Shown: positions 52,623 to 64,000 of the stretch, in pieces
How the letters are laid out: each line of letters begins with the position of its first letter
Numbering within the stretch: position 1 is the first letter of the stretch
Assembly (NCBI RefSeq): GCF_006345805.1
Contig: NC_043002.1
Coordinates: 105,710,001-105,774,000 of the forward strand
Reading direction: 5' to 3'
From: Octopus sinensis
Taxonomy: Eukaryota
Length of the DNA stretch: 64,000 bases
Translations under genes and position numbers: made by a program
The notes under the pieces: generated by a model
What the model was told of the DNA's origin: nothing
The model's input: the letters and a program-made list of their open reading frames with translations, nothing else
The model's database searches: none

Positions 52623-53474
52623 TATTACTGCTCTGTACACAGCTAACACTTCGTTCTGAAACATACGTATATTGAGTTTTCCACCAGGTTATTAGTTTCG
52701 CAATGTCTAAACGATGTGTGTGTGTGTGTTTATAAATGATGAGCTTTAAAATTCTCTAATCATAGAAATGATAGAGCACAGTACTATAAATCCAAGGTTT
52801 GATCGTTCGCTGTTCATATGATCTCGTTGTTTCACATATCAAACATCCAGACACAAGATTTCTTCACTGTTTGTCTAAATTTTCGCTGAGACAATATAGC
52901 TTTTGAAAATAGAAAAACTAAAATGGAAATGAAATGCATCAGTTATTATTACTTTTTTACGATTTAAATAATGATGGCATTTTCCAGGAAAAATCAGGTT
53001 ATTTTGATCCTAATGTTCACCTGCAATAATAAAGTAATTTATGGTGTAATTAAAACGTATCGACCTCTCTATCTTTCCACTTTGAGATGAAACTTAATAA
53101 TTAAATGTAATTAATGAGTCTAAATTATAGTCACCTAAAGGGTGGTTTCTATGCAGTGTTTAATTTCGAAAGTAACAAACTAAGTTTGTGTAGGAGGGCT
53201 TTAAGAAGGATTTAATTCGGTTAAATTTGAATGCTTGATCGATTTAAATTTCAGTTGAATATACAGGGTTAAAAACAGTCGTAATGTCCGAAATAGGACA
53301 TAGCTGACCACCTCGTCGATAGGTGTTATCAGTTATTGATTCACATGATGGGATGAATTGTTCGTTCTATAGGGAAAATACGCCAGGCAAGTAACTGAAG
53401 AGGCAATATGTTTGTTAACCTTTGCAAAATAATAAAATGAAAAGAGACTGTTTTTGAGGAAAGGGCTGAAAGAT

Positions 53475-53637
53475 ATTCTTTTCTACTCTAGGTACAGGGC
53501 CCGAAATTTGGTGAGAGGGGGCTAGCCGATTAGACCGACCCTAGTACGCAACTGGAACTTAATTTATCGACCCCGAAAGGATGAAAGGCAAAGTCGACCT
53601 CTGCGGAATGTGAACTCAGAGCATAAAGACAGACGAA
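53475..53637 (-). mobile_element. SINE family A, 5' truncated, opposite orientation to 52258
   Basis: Reverse complement of the core and tail. Confidence 0.85.
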
Positions 53638-53967
53638 GGGGGCTGAAAAATATTCACTGGCCCCCCCCACCTGGCTCTTTAAACTCCGAACAGATATACT
53701 GGTTGAACTCTTCCTCATATAATCCCTGAATAGCGCTGTGAATAAACTGAAGTAAAATAACAAATTATATAATTTATAATAATAAGTTTATTTTCTAATT
53801 TTCGCGTAAGGCAGCAATTTTGAGCGAAGACAAGTCGCCTCAGCATTTGATTGGTAGTTTTATAAGCCCGGTATTTGACTGAAACCAGACCAATAATTTC
53901 AGGGGAGAGGTTAAGAACTGGTATGAACTGGTATCAACGTCATCCAGAGCCAGTCACTGAGGGAGAG

Positions 53968-54359
53968 AATAACAGACCAGATATTGTCATCAAAGATCGA
54001 AAACAAAAAAAACATGCCTGTTAATTGACATGGCAGTACATACTGATACAAACAGCTCAGCAAAAAAATTTGAAAAACTGTCGAAATATAAGGACTTTGG
54101 GATTGAGATATCTAGGTCGTGGTAATTAAAAGCGAAAACCATCTCTGTTGCTGTAGGTGCCCTAGGAATGATCAAGAAAGATAATGACAAATTTTTTGAT
54201 TAGATCCTTGGGTAACCAACAATCTATGAAACTCAAAAAATTGTGTTGACATCACCCGAACACATTCCCAGGAAGTTTCTCTCCGTCTAATATATATGCG
54301 CCTTAGGTCTCTGGTTGAGACTCGGTCAGAAGATGAATTAAAATGCAATTCAATCAGAA

Positions 54360-54441
<82 letters not shown>

Positions 54442-54460
54442 TAATAATAATGATAATAAT
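53968..54460 (+). mobile_element. R4/Dong-like LINE 3' end with (AAT)n tail
   Basis: NNRPDIVIKD..LLIDMAV..KFEKLSKYKD..TISVAVGALG (RLE PD..D..K motif), then 3' UTR and (AAT)n. Confidence 0.88.
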
Positions 54461-54629
54461 AAAAGATTTATTGCAAAAGTCGGCATTACTTGTAACTACG
54501 CATATTGAGTAAAGTACTGTCTGTCTGAGATTCTTGTTGTGACTTGACAAACAGTACAAACCCCCAACAGACACAATATCTTCAATCAACAACCTCACGA
54601 TATTGTATACCGTGCGACGTCTATGATGA

Positions 54630-54682
<53 letters not shown>

Positions 54683-57603
54683 AGGGAATACGAAACAAAT
54701 CTAAAACCTGGAAACAGTGAAGATGAAAATTGAAATTTATAATAAAGCACCATCAATAATAAATAGCATGAACCTGGCCGTCACAGAACTAATAGCCACA
54801 GAAACAAATGTCAATATGACCAGGCTAAATGATATAATATATGCACAAAAGAAGCTGGATACCCCCTAAAACCCATCCAAACAGGAGCATCACTACCCAA
54901 ACAAACGCTATGGATAAATAATATCCAGAAAAAATAGAAATAAGAGAAAGGATCTGTCAATCCTTAATTGAAACCAGTAGACAATCAACACTGCTAAACA
55001 ACAAGAAGAGAAGAAAAATACTACATAAATACAAAATTACAGAGCAAGGTATACCTGGGGTAAACAGCTAAAGCAAGATATCCTCGCCAAAGCACAAAGA
55101 GAAAAGACAACGTTTCTCTGAACAAAACAAGTTGTTGAACTCCAACCCCAAATGATTCTACCAAGAACTTGGTAAAAATAAAATAGAGAAATATGGTCGG
55201 AAAAGATCTATCAAAACAACGAACACAACACCTGAACAATTCTGGATCCCTAGAACAACTGAAGAGGTCACCCAGGCACCGCAAAAACTAAGCAGCTGGA
55301 AGGCACCCGGACACGACAAGATCTCCAGCTGCTGGTTAAAATACCTAACAAGAACACTTAAAGGCTGGCTGAGAAATTTAATGAAATACTAGCATAGTTA
55401 GAGACAATGCCTGAATGGCTCATGGAAGGGAAAGCTATCCTAAACGGCAAATCCATAAAATTACAGACCGATAACTTGTCACCCTACAATCTATAAAGCC
55501 TTTACTGCAATAATATCCCAGAGAATGAGCAAACAGCTTGAAGAGAATAACCTGTTTCCAGAAGAGCAGAAGGGGTACTGCAAGGGCTCATACGGCTGTA
55601 AAGATCAACTACTGATCCGTAAAGCTATAACTGAAGAGAGCTGCAGAAATAAGAAGGATCTAAGTATGGCCTGGATCGATTACCGAAAGGCTTTTGATAG
55701 TATTCCCCACACATGGAACCTAGAAACACTAGCCATGAACAAGGTAGCACCAATAATCATAAAATATATAAAACATTCCATGCATAAATGGCAGAAAATT
55801 CTACAGCTCCAGACAAAAGAGGGAGTCATAAAAAGCAAAGCCATTCCCATTAGAAGAAGAATATTCCAGGGAGACACGCTCTCTCCACTCCTTTTCTGCT
55901 TGGCACTGACATCTTTATCTGACATGCTAAACAGAACTGGATGTGGATACAACTGTTACGACGAAACAATCAGCCACTCCTTATATTTGGATGAGCTAAA
56001 ACTGTATACTACACATGATAAACAGCTGGAAACGTTACTATAGCTATTACATGGATTTACCAAAGAAATAAATATGAAATTTGGCTTAGAAAAATGTGCC
56101 AAAGCAACATTGAAAAGAGGAAAACTAGTTAAGAGTAGCAACATCACACAAGATAAAGCAAATGAAATAAGAGAATTAGATCAAAGCAAGACATACAAAA
56201 ACTTAGGAATCGATGAACTAGATACGATACAACACACACAAATGAAAGAGGAAAATTTAAAAACAGAATACTATAGACGAGTTAGATTGAGCTCTGAAAA
56301 CAGAACTCAATGCGAAAAACAAGATAATAGGTATCATCACTCAAGCCGTCCCAGGTGTAAGTTACAACTGCAATATTCTTAATTGGATTCTAAATGAACT
56401 AATCAAAATAGACAGGGAAACAAGAAAAATAATGACAGGATTTAGGATGCACTACTCAAAATCGGACATAGAAAGGTTATATATACAACGTTTAGAAGCT
56501 GCTAGAGGACTTATACAGCTATAAAACTACTATAAAATAGCCACCATATGACTACAAAAATGTCTACTTCAGAAGCAAGGAAAACTAATACAAATAGCCA
56601 CAAAACACGAACAAAACAAAAAACTGTTTTCAGTCTTTAAGGAAGCTGACAAATACAAAAAAGAAATCATAAAACCTAACAACTATGAAGAAAAAGAAGA
56701 AACAACAAAAGCTGTAAAACAACTTAAATCCAAACTAAAACTAGAACAGCATCAGATCTTGACCAGAAATGGCCTGAACTCTTTGCATGAACACCCTCCC
56801 TGTACATAACTCCATGTCCCTCTACATGGCCTTGCTTTTGCTTTTTGAGTCAAAAAATTAACTTAACTTAACTTAAGATCATGATAAAATGATGGCACGA
56901 AAAGCCCCTTCATGGCAAATACTAGGTTAAACTAAACAAAAAGGAAATAGACAAAGCAAAATCCCAACAATGGCTGAGAAGCTCAGGACTCAAAGCAGAG
57001 ATTGAAGGACTTTTTACAGCAACACAAGATCAAAGCCTTCCCACCAGAAATTACCAAAAACATGTAATGAAAAGAATTGCAACAAGTAACTGCAGAATAT
57101 ATGGAGATGGAGAGTAAACAAATCATGTTGTCTCTGGCTTACCAGTCGAGGCTAAGAAAGAATATATTCACAGATGCGACAGAGTTGGGACCTATATACA
57201 CTAGAAGCTATGTCAACACAACGGAATAACAATAGAAAAAATGATATAGGCACACGCCAGAAAAGGTCACAGAAAATGAGAAAGCAACCATAGCCAATAT
57301 ACACAGACAAAGAAATTAAGGCCAATAGGACGGCTAGAGTTGTGAGAGAGCACCAAGAAAAATTGCTTTGTAAGCGATGCATCAATACCAGCAGATGACA
57401 ATGTTTCTCTCAAAGAAACGAAGAAACTTTCAAAATAAATTATCTGGAAATAGAGGTAACTCGAATGTGGAGCCTAAAATCTTAAACAATTCCTATCATA
57501 GTAAGGTGCATTAGGTGTGATAAAAATATATTCAGACAAACACATAACAAAAACACCAGGACTAGCAAGTATATATAACATAGAAAATAGCATATTACCA
57601 ACT
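54683..57603 (+). mobile_element. R4/Dong-like RLE LINE, ~2.9 kb, disrupted
   Basis: WKAPGHDKI, YRPITC, EEQKG..GCKDQLL, AWIDYRKAFDSIPH, IFQGDTLSPLLF, YLDELKLY, FGLEKCAK, KPLHGKY, WLRSSGLKAE, EIEVTRMW. Confidence 0.95.
55525..56043 (+). pseudogene. Reverse transcriptase core ORF fragment of the R4/Dong-like LINE
   Basis: 172-aa open segment covering the RT core motifs; flanked by stops and frameshifts; catalytic YMDD reads YLDE. Confidence 0.9.
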
Positions 57604-57604
57604 A

Positions 57605-58605
57605 ATATACACCACTAACTCAGAAAGAATATAAGAGGTGACATGACGTCATAGCAAAGATAGTTCATTGAATTTGCAACAGTTATGGACTTAGCAGCGT
57701 GGAAAAGTGATAGGAATATAAACGCGAAGGCATTATCGATAATGAAAATGCAAAGATTCTGTGGAATTTCATGTTTCAGTATGACCATGAGATAGGGAAC
57801 AGAAAGTGGAGGCGCAATGGCCCAGTGGTTAGGGCAGCGGACTCGCAGTCGTAGGATCGCGGTTTCGATTCCCAGACCGAGCGTTGTGAGTGTTTATTGA
57901 GCGAAAACACCTAAAGCTCCACGAGGCTCCGGCAGGGATGGTGGTGATCCCTGCTGTACTCTTTCACCACAACTTTCTCTCACTCTTAGTACCTATTTCT
58001 GTTGTACCTGTATTTCAAAGGGCCGGCCTTGTCACTCTCTGTGTCACGCTGAATATCCCCGAGAACTACGTTAAGGGTACACGTGTCTGTGGAGTGCTCA
58101 GCCACTTACACACTAATTTCACGAGCAGGCTGTTCCGTTGATCGGATCAACCGGAACCCGCGTCGTCGTAACCGACGGAGTGCTTCCCAAGGAACAGAAA
58201 ACCAGATATAGCGATAATTGAGAAAGAAAGCAAACAATTCTGAATCATAGATATATTATGTCCAGCTAACCAGAAGATTTGTGACAAAGAAGAAAACAAT
58301 GTCGACAAATATGACTGGTTAGCTTGAAAGGATAAGAAGTGGTCGCTGAAAAATGTGGTAGTAACACTAATAACTGTCGAAGCGTTAGGAACGGTAAGTA
58401 AAGATCGTTAGAAATACATTGAACAAATAAATAGGAATTGCAATATGAGTGGAGTACTTGCAGAAAGCAGTACTGTTTAGAACAGCTCTAATACTCCGCG
58501 GGGTACTTGAAAAATAAGAGCTGTAACCTCATTTCACTGGTAATAAACAGCTAACTTTGGAATACATTTCCAGCGCGTTAGAAGCTGAGCAAAGAAAACA
58601 TTAAA
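57605..58605 (+). mobile_element. Second R4/Dong-like subfamily 3' fragment, split by SINE B
   Basis: QKEYKR.HDVIAKIVH, NENAKILWNFMFQYDHEIGNR|KPDIAII, IIDILCP, TVEALGTV; repeats the RLE domain already present at 57100-57600. Confidence 0.85.
57806..58190 (+). mobile_element. SINE family B with 10-bp TSD
   Basis: ggaacagaaa at 57796-57805 and 58191-58200. Confidence 0.96.
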
Positions 58606-58815
58606 ATGAGGAGGAGGAGGAGGAGGAGGAGGAGGAGGAGGAGAGGGGGACAATGATGGTTTCATTTCTTCGCCACAGAGGTACCAATAAGGGGGACATT
58701 GCAAGGACAATTTTTTATTTGCTTCTGGGAGATTACATAAATAAAGAAGAGAAAGAAACAGAGAGGAAGAGGAATGCGATAACTGACCATTGACTAAACA
58801 ACCACTGCTGATAAT

Positions 58816-58851
<36 letters not shown>

Positions 58852-59212
58852 AAGTACTGCTGCTGCTGTCTGTCTGTACAAATTTTCACGTAGGTCATTC
58901 CGATATCGCATTTATTATTGTTAATCATTCAACACCGTAGGTAGCTATATAATTTAAACCCACCTCCTTTTTCCTCCACCTCTCTCTCCTTCTCTCTCTC
59001 TCTCTCCCTCGCAAAGAGATTCATTTAAAAATATCAATATAATGTAGCTATTGATGGATTAGATTTCCAAGGATTTAATTAAAATGTTAAATTAAAAGAA
59101 ATTACTAATTAAGAATTACATTTATCAGTTTAGAAAATATATTTAACAACTAAGAATCTTAGAATCTCAGTCTTTTTATCATATATATATATATAGAGAG
59201 AGAGGTGGCGAG

Positions 59213-59236
59213 AAAGAAGGGGAGGGAGGGAGACGA

Positions 59237-59288
<52 letters not shown>

Positions 59289-59331
59289 ATGAAAGAAAGA
59301 ACGAAAGAAAGAAAGAACGAAAGAAGAACGA

Positions 59332-59367
<36 letters not shown>

Positions 59368-59465
59368 ATGAAAGAAAGAATGAATGAAAGAAAGAAAGAA
59401 AGGAGGGAAGGAAGAAAGAATGAAGGAAAGAAAGAATGAAAGAAAGGAAGAAAGGAGGGAGGGAA

Positions 59466-59498
<33 letters not shown>

Positions 59499-59501
59499 GA
59501 A

Positions 59502-59543
<42 letters not shown>

Positions 59544-59689
59544 AGAAAGAAAGAAAGGAGGTAAGAAAGAAAGAAAGAAAGAACGAAAGGAAGGAAGAAA
59601 GAAAGAAAGGAGGGAAGGAAAAAAGAATGAAGGAAAGAAAGAATGAAAGAAAGGAAGACAGGAGGGAAGAAAGAAAGAAAGAAAGAAAA

Positions 59690-59725
<36 letters not shown>

Positions 59726-59728
59726 GAA

Positions 59729-59759
<31 letters not shown>

Positions 59760-59796
59760 GAAAGAGAGAAAGAAAGAAAGGAGGGAAGGAAGGAAT

Positions 59797-59833
<37 letters not shown>

Positions 59834-59835
59834 AA
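59213..59835. repeat. Degenerate (GAAA)n/(GGAA)n purine tract, ~620 bp
   Basis: Directly visible; explains the 236-256 aa low-complexity ORFs. Confidence 0.95.
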
Positions 59836-59842
59836 TACAGAT

Positions 59843-59890
59843 CATTCCTCTGAAGAACCGGCAATACAACGGGGGAAACTCCAGAGCAAC
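59843..59890 (+). ncRNA. Degenerate hammerhead-like motif
   Basis: CTGAAGA (59850-59856), short ccg/cgg stem, GAAA (59875-59878); stems I and III weak. Confidence 0.3.
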
Positions 59891-59960
59891 AACGCATTCG
59901 ATGAGTCTCATTTCAGCATTGAAATTCACAACGATATTCAGTATTTCTGTTCACTTAAGC

Positions 59961-60215
59961 CAGTGATTCTCAATTGGAGTCCATACGGGCCCTGGGGGTG
60001 GGGCCATAAAAGATTTTGTTCTTTAAATTTATGTGTAATTAATTGCTTATACCTCTACAATACACAATTTTTGAGTTTTTTTTTTAATTCCTAATAATAT
60101 TAAATTGCTAAAATCTAGTAGGATCTTTTTTATATGCATTGAATGGTTATAGGGTCCAGTATGTTAAATTCAGAATCAAGGGGTTGCATTAGCCAAAATT
60201 GATGGAGAATGACTG
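59961..60215. mobile_element. hAT (Charlie-like) MITE
   Basis: TIRs cagtgattctcaa / tggagaatgactg; 8-bp TSD acttaagc / gcttaagc. Confidence 0.8.
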
Positions 60216-60526
60216 GCTTAAGCGATTCCATAAAGGACTAAGCTGGAGATAATAAAAAATCTTTGATAAATATGATTAGAAAACAATAGTTATGGGTTTT
60301 CAATATAATGTTTAAATGAAAAGTTGTGCCTTACGAAACGAACAGTATACATGTACACACACACACACACACACACAATACATACAAACACACACACACA
60401 CGCGCACTACCTGATGTACACATATTAAAATCTTTTTTAATTGAGAAGCAACATCATTGATTCCGACACTACTTGCCAAAGTTTGTATATGAAGTTCTTG
60501 GTAGTGTACAGAATTATATATTAAAA

Positions 60527-61040
60527 CTAGCAGTATCGCCCGGCGTTGCTCGGGTTTGTAAGGGAAATAACTATATAAGCATTTTTAGAGAGTTACTTTC
60601 CTTATAGATGCCAATTCGGGCTTTCTTAGCCATTTCTGCTTTGGTGTCTTCAAGCCATGAAGTCGTTGTTCTAAAAGAACGCTGGTCTCCTTGACAACGC
60701 TTTACGACGTTGATTTCTTTACACTCCTTTCCCCACAGCTTCACGAGGGAGGGAAGAAGGGGGAGAAGCAAACAGGTGCAGGTGTGACCATGGACGCCAA
60801 CTCCGCCGCCATGGACACACGAAAAATTATGCATTAAAATGGAATAAAAAATGATGTTAAATTATTTTTAAAATCGTAGACTCATCGTAGACGCGCGCTA
60901 ATAACCCAGACGGGCTAGATATGAATCACGACTATAAGATACCCGAATTTGGTTAAACTGCACCGCAAAATGTGGGAGGAGTTAGGAATCTAAATCGAAG
61001 GGGACAGACACTCACACAACTACAGTTTTATATATAAAGA
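60527..61040 (-). mobile_element. Non-autonomous Helitron, 514 bp
   Basis: A|TC start, hairpin and CTAG|T end; terminal ~33 bp identical to the 39205 element. Confidence 0.82.
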
Positions 61041-61779
61041 TATAGAAAAATTAGTCAGACGCTTCCTTGATCGCTTGTATGAAGGTGGAATAGATCTTCA
61101 AATTTCGCTAAGCAAATGAAACGAAATACTGCTGAACACTAGACATACCTTTGTGTGTGTGGGGGGGGGGTGAGTGTGTGTACATGTATATTTTATACAC
61201 ACACACACAAAGTGTGAAGAGAGAAAGAGGAGATTCTAGGACATGCTTGTTTTTTTTCTTTTTTCTTTTTAATCATTTCCACACACAATAGATAAAGATT
61301 GGAGGGAGATTTCGCAACTCTTTCTATTACTAAATCTGTTAATTGACGCGGCCACATAGTGGTCTCCTCCACTGCGTCGCGGTCGCATTGAGAGTTCGTC
61401 GGATGTGTGTTGGTTATTCATATGCTAAATACCTTCAGCAACATGTAAACAGTTTACTACATCCAACTGAAAATATGCTAGGGGCGGATTTCCCATAATA
61501 ACCCGCTCGCTCCTTGCATGAAGATGAAACGTCTAACAATGAAAGTCACATTACTTCCGGCGTGATAAACCGCCGATATTAGAAAAAAAATGTCTTTGCT
61601 TCGCTGATCACAGCACGTTTCAGGTACAAGGTTAACCTTCATGAAACACAGCAAAGGCCCATATATTGAGCATGCGCGTGTCGTGTGTGTATTTCTGTGC
61701 TTATGTGTTTGTGATTAAGAGAGAAAGGGGAGAGATTTTGTGTACGTATTTGCATACACATACGCGCATATATATATGC

Positions 61780-61781
61780 AT

Positions 61782-61848
<67 letters not shown>

Positions 61849-62073
61849 CCTGTAGTATATATATACTACACACACACGCACACATACAAACATATACATG
61901 CATACATACATACATACATACATACATACATACATACATACATACATACATACATACATACATACATACATACATACATACATACATACGTACATACATA
62001 CATGCATGCATACATATATGAGTTGGTAGTGTGAGTGGGTGTGTACGTACGTTTAAATGTATATGAATATTTA

Positions 62074-62109
<36 letters not shown>

Positions 62110-62110
62110 A
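61780..62110. repeat. (CT)n/(TACA)n/(GA)n compound microsatellite
   Basis: Directly visible. Confidence 0.9.
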
Positions 62111-62318
62111 AGACACACCCCTCCAAATTAGACTTTTCCTTCTCCCTGCTCTCCCTCATCTCCCTACACCACTCCCAGTTCGACAGTGCAATTAACCAGA
62201 ATTTACGATACGCTAATTAAAGTTATTCATCTATAGTGTTTACGACTTCACTGATTACTATAACACACAAGCAACACATACATGCACACATTTACACACA
62301 TATATAGATACATATGTT

Positions 62319-62354
<36 letters not shown>

Positions 62355-62840
62355 TAGATAGATAGATAGATACATACATACATACATACATACATACATA
62401 CATACATACAGACATACATACACCATATACATATACATATATATATATATATATATATACACACAAATATATGTATTTATGTGTGTAGGTATGTGTGTAT
62501 GTAGGTATGTGCGTACGTATGTATGTGTATATAATGTTTGTTTTTAGACACACGCACAGATATATACACAGATATATATATACACGATTAGTCTGACACG
62601 TGTATAAACATAATCTTAGAAACCTTACAGTTACAGAAATACAGGAAAAGAACACGTGTGTGTGTGTGTGTGCGTGTGTGAGCGGCGCAATGCGATCTTT
62701 CGATATTTGTACATATAATATGGCAAAGTGCAATAAACTGTACTGGTTGAAAGTGAAACGAACCCACTAATTGTCATCGCATGTGTATGCGTACCTATGT
62801 GCGGTATGTATAACTGAGTGCGTTTGTTTGTGTGTGTGTG

Positions 62841-62878
<38 letters not shown>

Positions 62879-63409
62879 TGTGCGCGTATATGTGTGTATG
62901 CGTGTGAGTGTGTGCGCACGCGTGTATACATTTGTGTATAGGGTATTAGAATCACGTTCGTTAGATTTTCGGTTCTATTAGTGAACCGGGTGGCGCACTG
63001 TGTTCTTGAACAAGATACTTCTCCAAAAAATACGGGCGTCCTATCGAAGGATAATCTTGTAATCTCCCCCTAGACGTCTGGAAACCCCAGGCGAGGCCCA
63101 GCACCATCAGTCCGTCAGCTCAAGGCAGAAACAAATATTTTGCCATAAAATCTACAGTTTAATAATTTCGATAGATAGAAATATCAAAATAAGCTAAAAT
63201 GACCGCGACATAAGACCAGGGAACCATTATTATTGATCGCTGATAATGTTTGCTTATTATTTGATTATCTTTCAATTTCAATTGTAATTTACTTAGTTTG
63301 TTCGGCATATCCAATGGACAATTTTCGAAAGATCATCATATATAAGCGTATGTATGTACGTGTGTGTGTGTATGTGTGTGTAGGGAGAGAGAAAGAGAGG
63401 GAAAGAGAA

Positions 63410-63900
63410 AGACAGAATAACATTCAGTGCAATGCCCCGTTTAACTTCGCTGTAACTACGCGAGTTCTAGGTCTTTCTTTAATTTATAAAAAATAGACTT
63501 CATTAAGTCACATAAGATATACCATATTTAATAGGAACACCATTCAAATATCATATGCTACCATACCAAATTTCGCCGAAACCTGTACTTCTAACATGTA
63601 TCAATTGAATTCACCACACTATCTTAATCACTGGTTTCACTTTAAGCTTACTCCAAATTACAATTGCATTAATCCTGTTATATCCCCGGCACTTTTCTAA
63701 GTACCCAGTAGTTATATAGACTATAAATGTAACGTGAAAGCTGATAATCCTTTCCCATATTTTTCACACTTTAAATTACTCCTTAATAACAATACATTTA
63801 ATAACCCTAATGAAAGCAATGAAACGACTCATTTATGTAGGATTTAGAAAATTACAGTCTCAACCACAAACTAGAATAGAGCATCGTATCTATCGAAGCA
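63410..63900 (+). mobile_element. Penelope-like remnant related to the 4400-5600 element
   Basis: NAPFNFAVTTR, KSHKIYH, FNRNTIQISYATIPNFA parallel FTTPF, PKHHKYYPIFNKH, YPVTPNWG. Confidence 0.6.
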
Positions 63901-64000
63901 AAGTAATTAATGACCCTGTAATTTATGAACAATCGAGAGAAAAGCTATCATATTACATATTAACAAAAGTACAAGTCCTAAACATAGACAACAAAAATAT

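Noticed and set aside
57806-57880. tRNA-like sequence
   Set aside because: It is a SINE head with box A/B and no complete cloverleaf, continuing into the SINE body with a TSD.
59130-60094. 236-256 aa ORFs (FLSF / KKER)
   Set aside because: Produced by the (GAAA)n tract.

Overview
Eukaryotic, AT-rich, non-genic DNA (intergenic or within a long intron). No host protein-coding exon, rRNA or true tRNA gene is supported. The repeat repertoire and extreme microsatellite load resemble a coleoid cephalopod, probably Octopus; this is inferred from recalled repeat families, not from a search. Almost all ORFs in the supplied track are translations of microsatellites. The recognisable content is transposon-derived. 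It includes at least three multi-copy tRNA-type SINE families (labelled A, B, C here; further fragments D, E, F), several with exact target-site duplications, and LINE remnants (R4/Dong-like RLE, RTE, CR1-like). It also includes three Penelope-like remnants, a full-length but dead Tc1 element with both TIRs, mariner fragments, two non-autonomous Helitrons with canonical ends, and hAT- and TTAA-type MITEs. The most interesting signals are: a minus-strand minimal hammerhead-ribozyme fold at about 44.64-44.69 kb with a swapped G3:C8 core pair and palindromic stem III; other degenerate hammerhead-like motifs; a twin-priming-type 5' inversion in an RTE LINE; several near-perfect local foldbacks; two Helitrons sharing only their 3' end; a tandem R4/Dong cluster; and inverted SINE pairs that could form dsRNA editing substrates. 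Coordinates were read by eye and may be off by a few bases; degraded-element boundaries are approximate.
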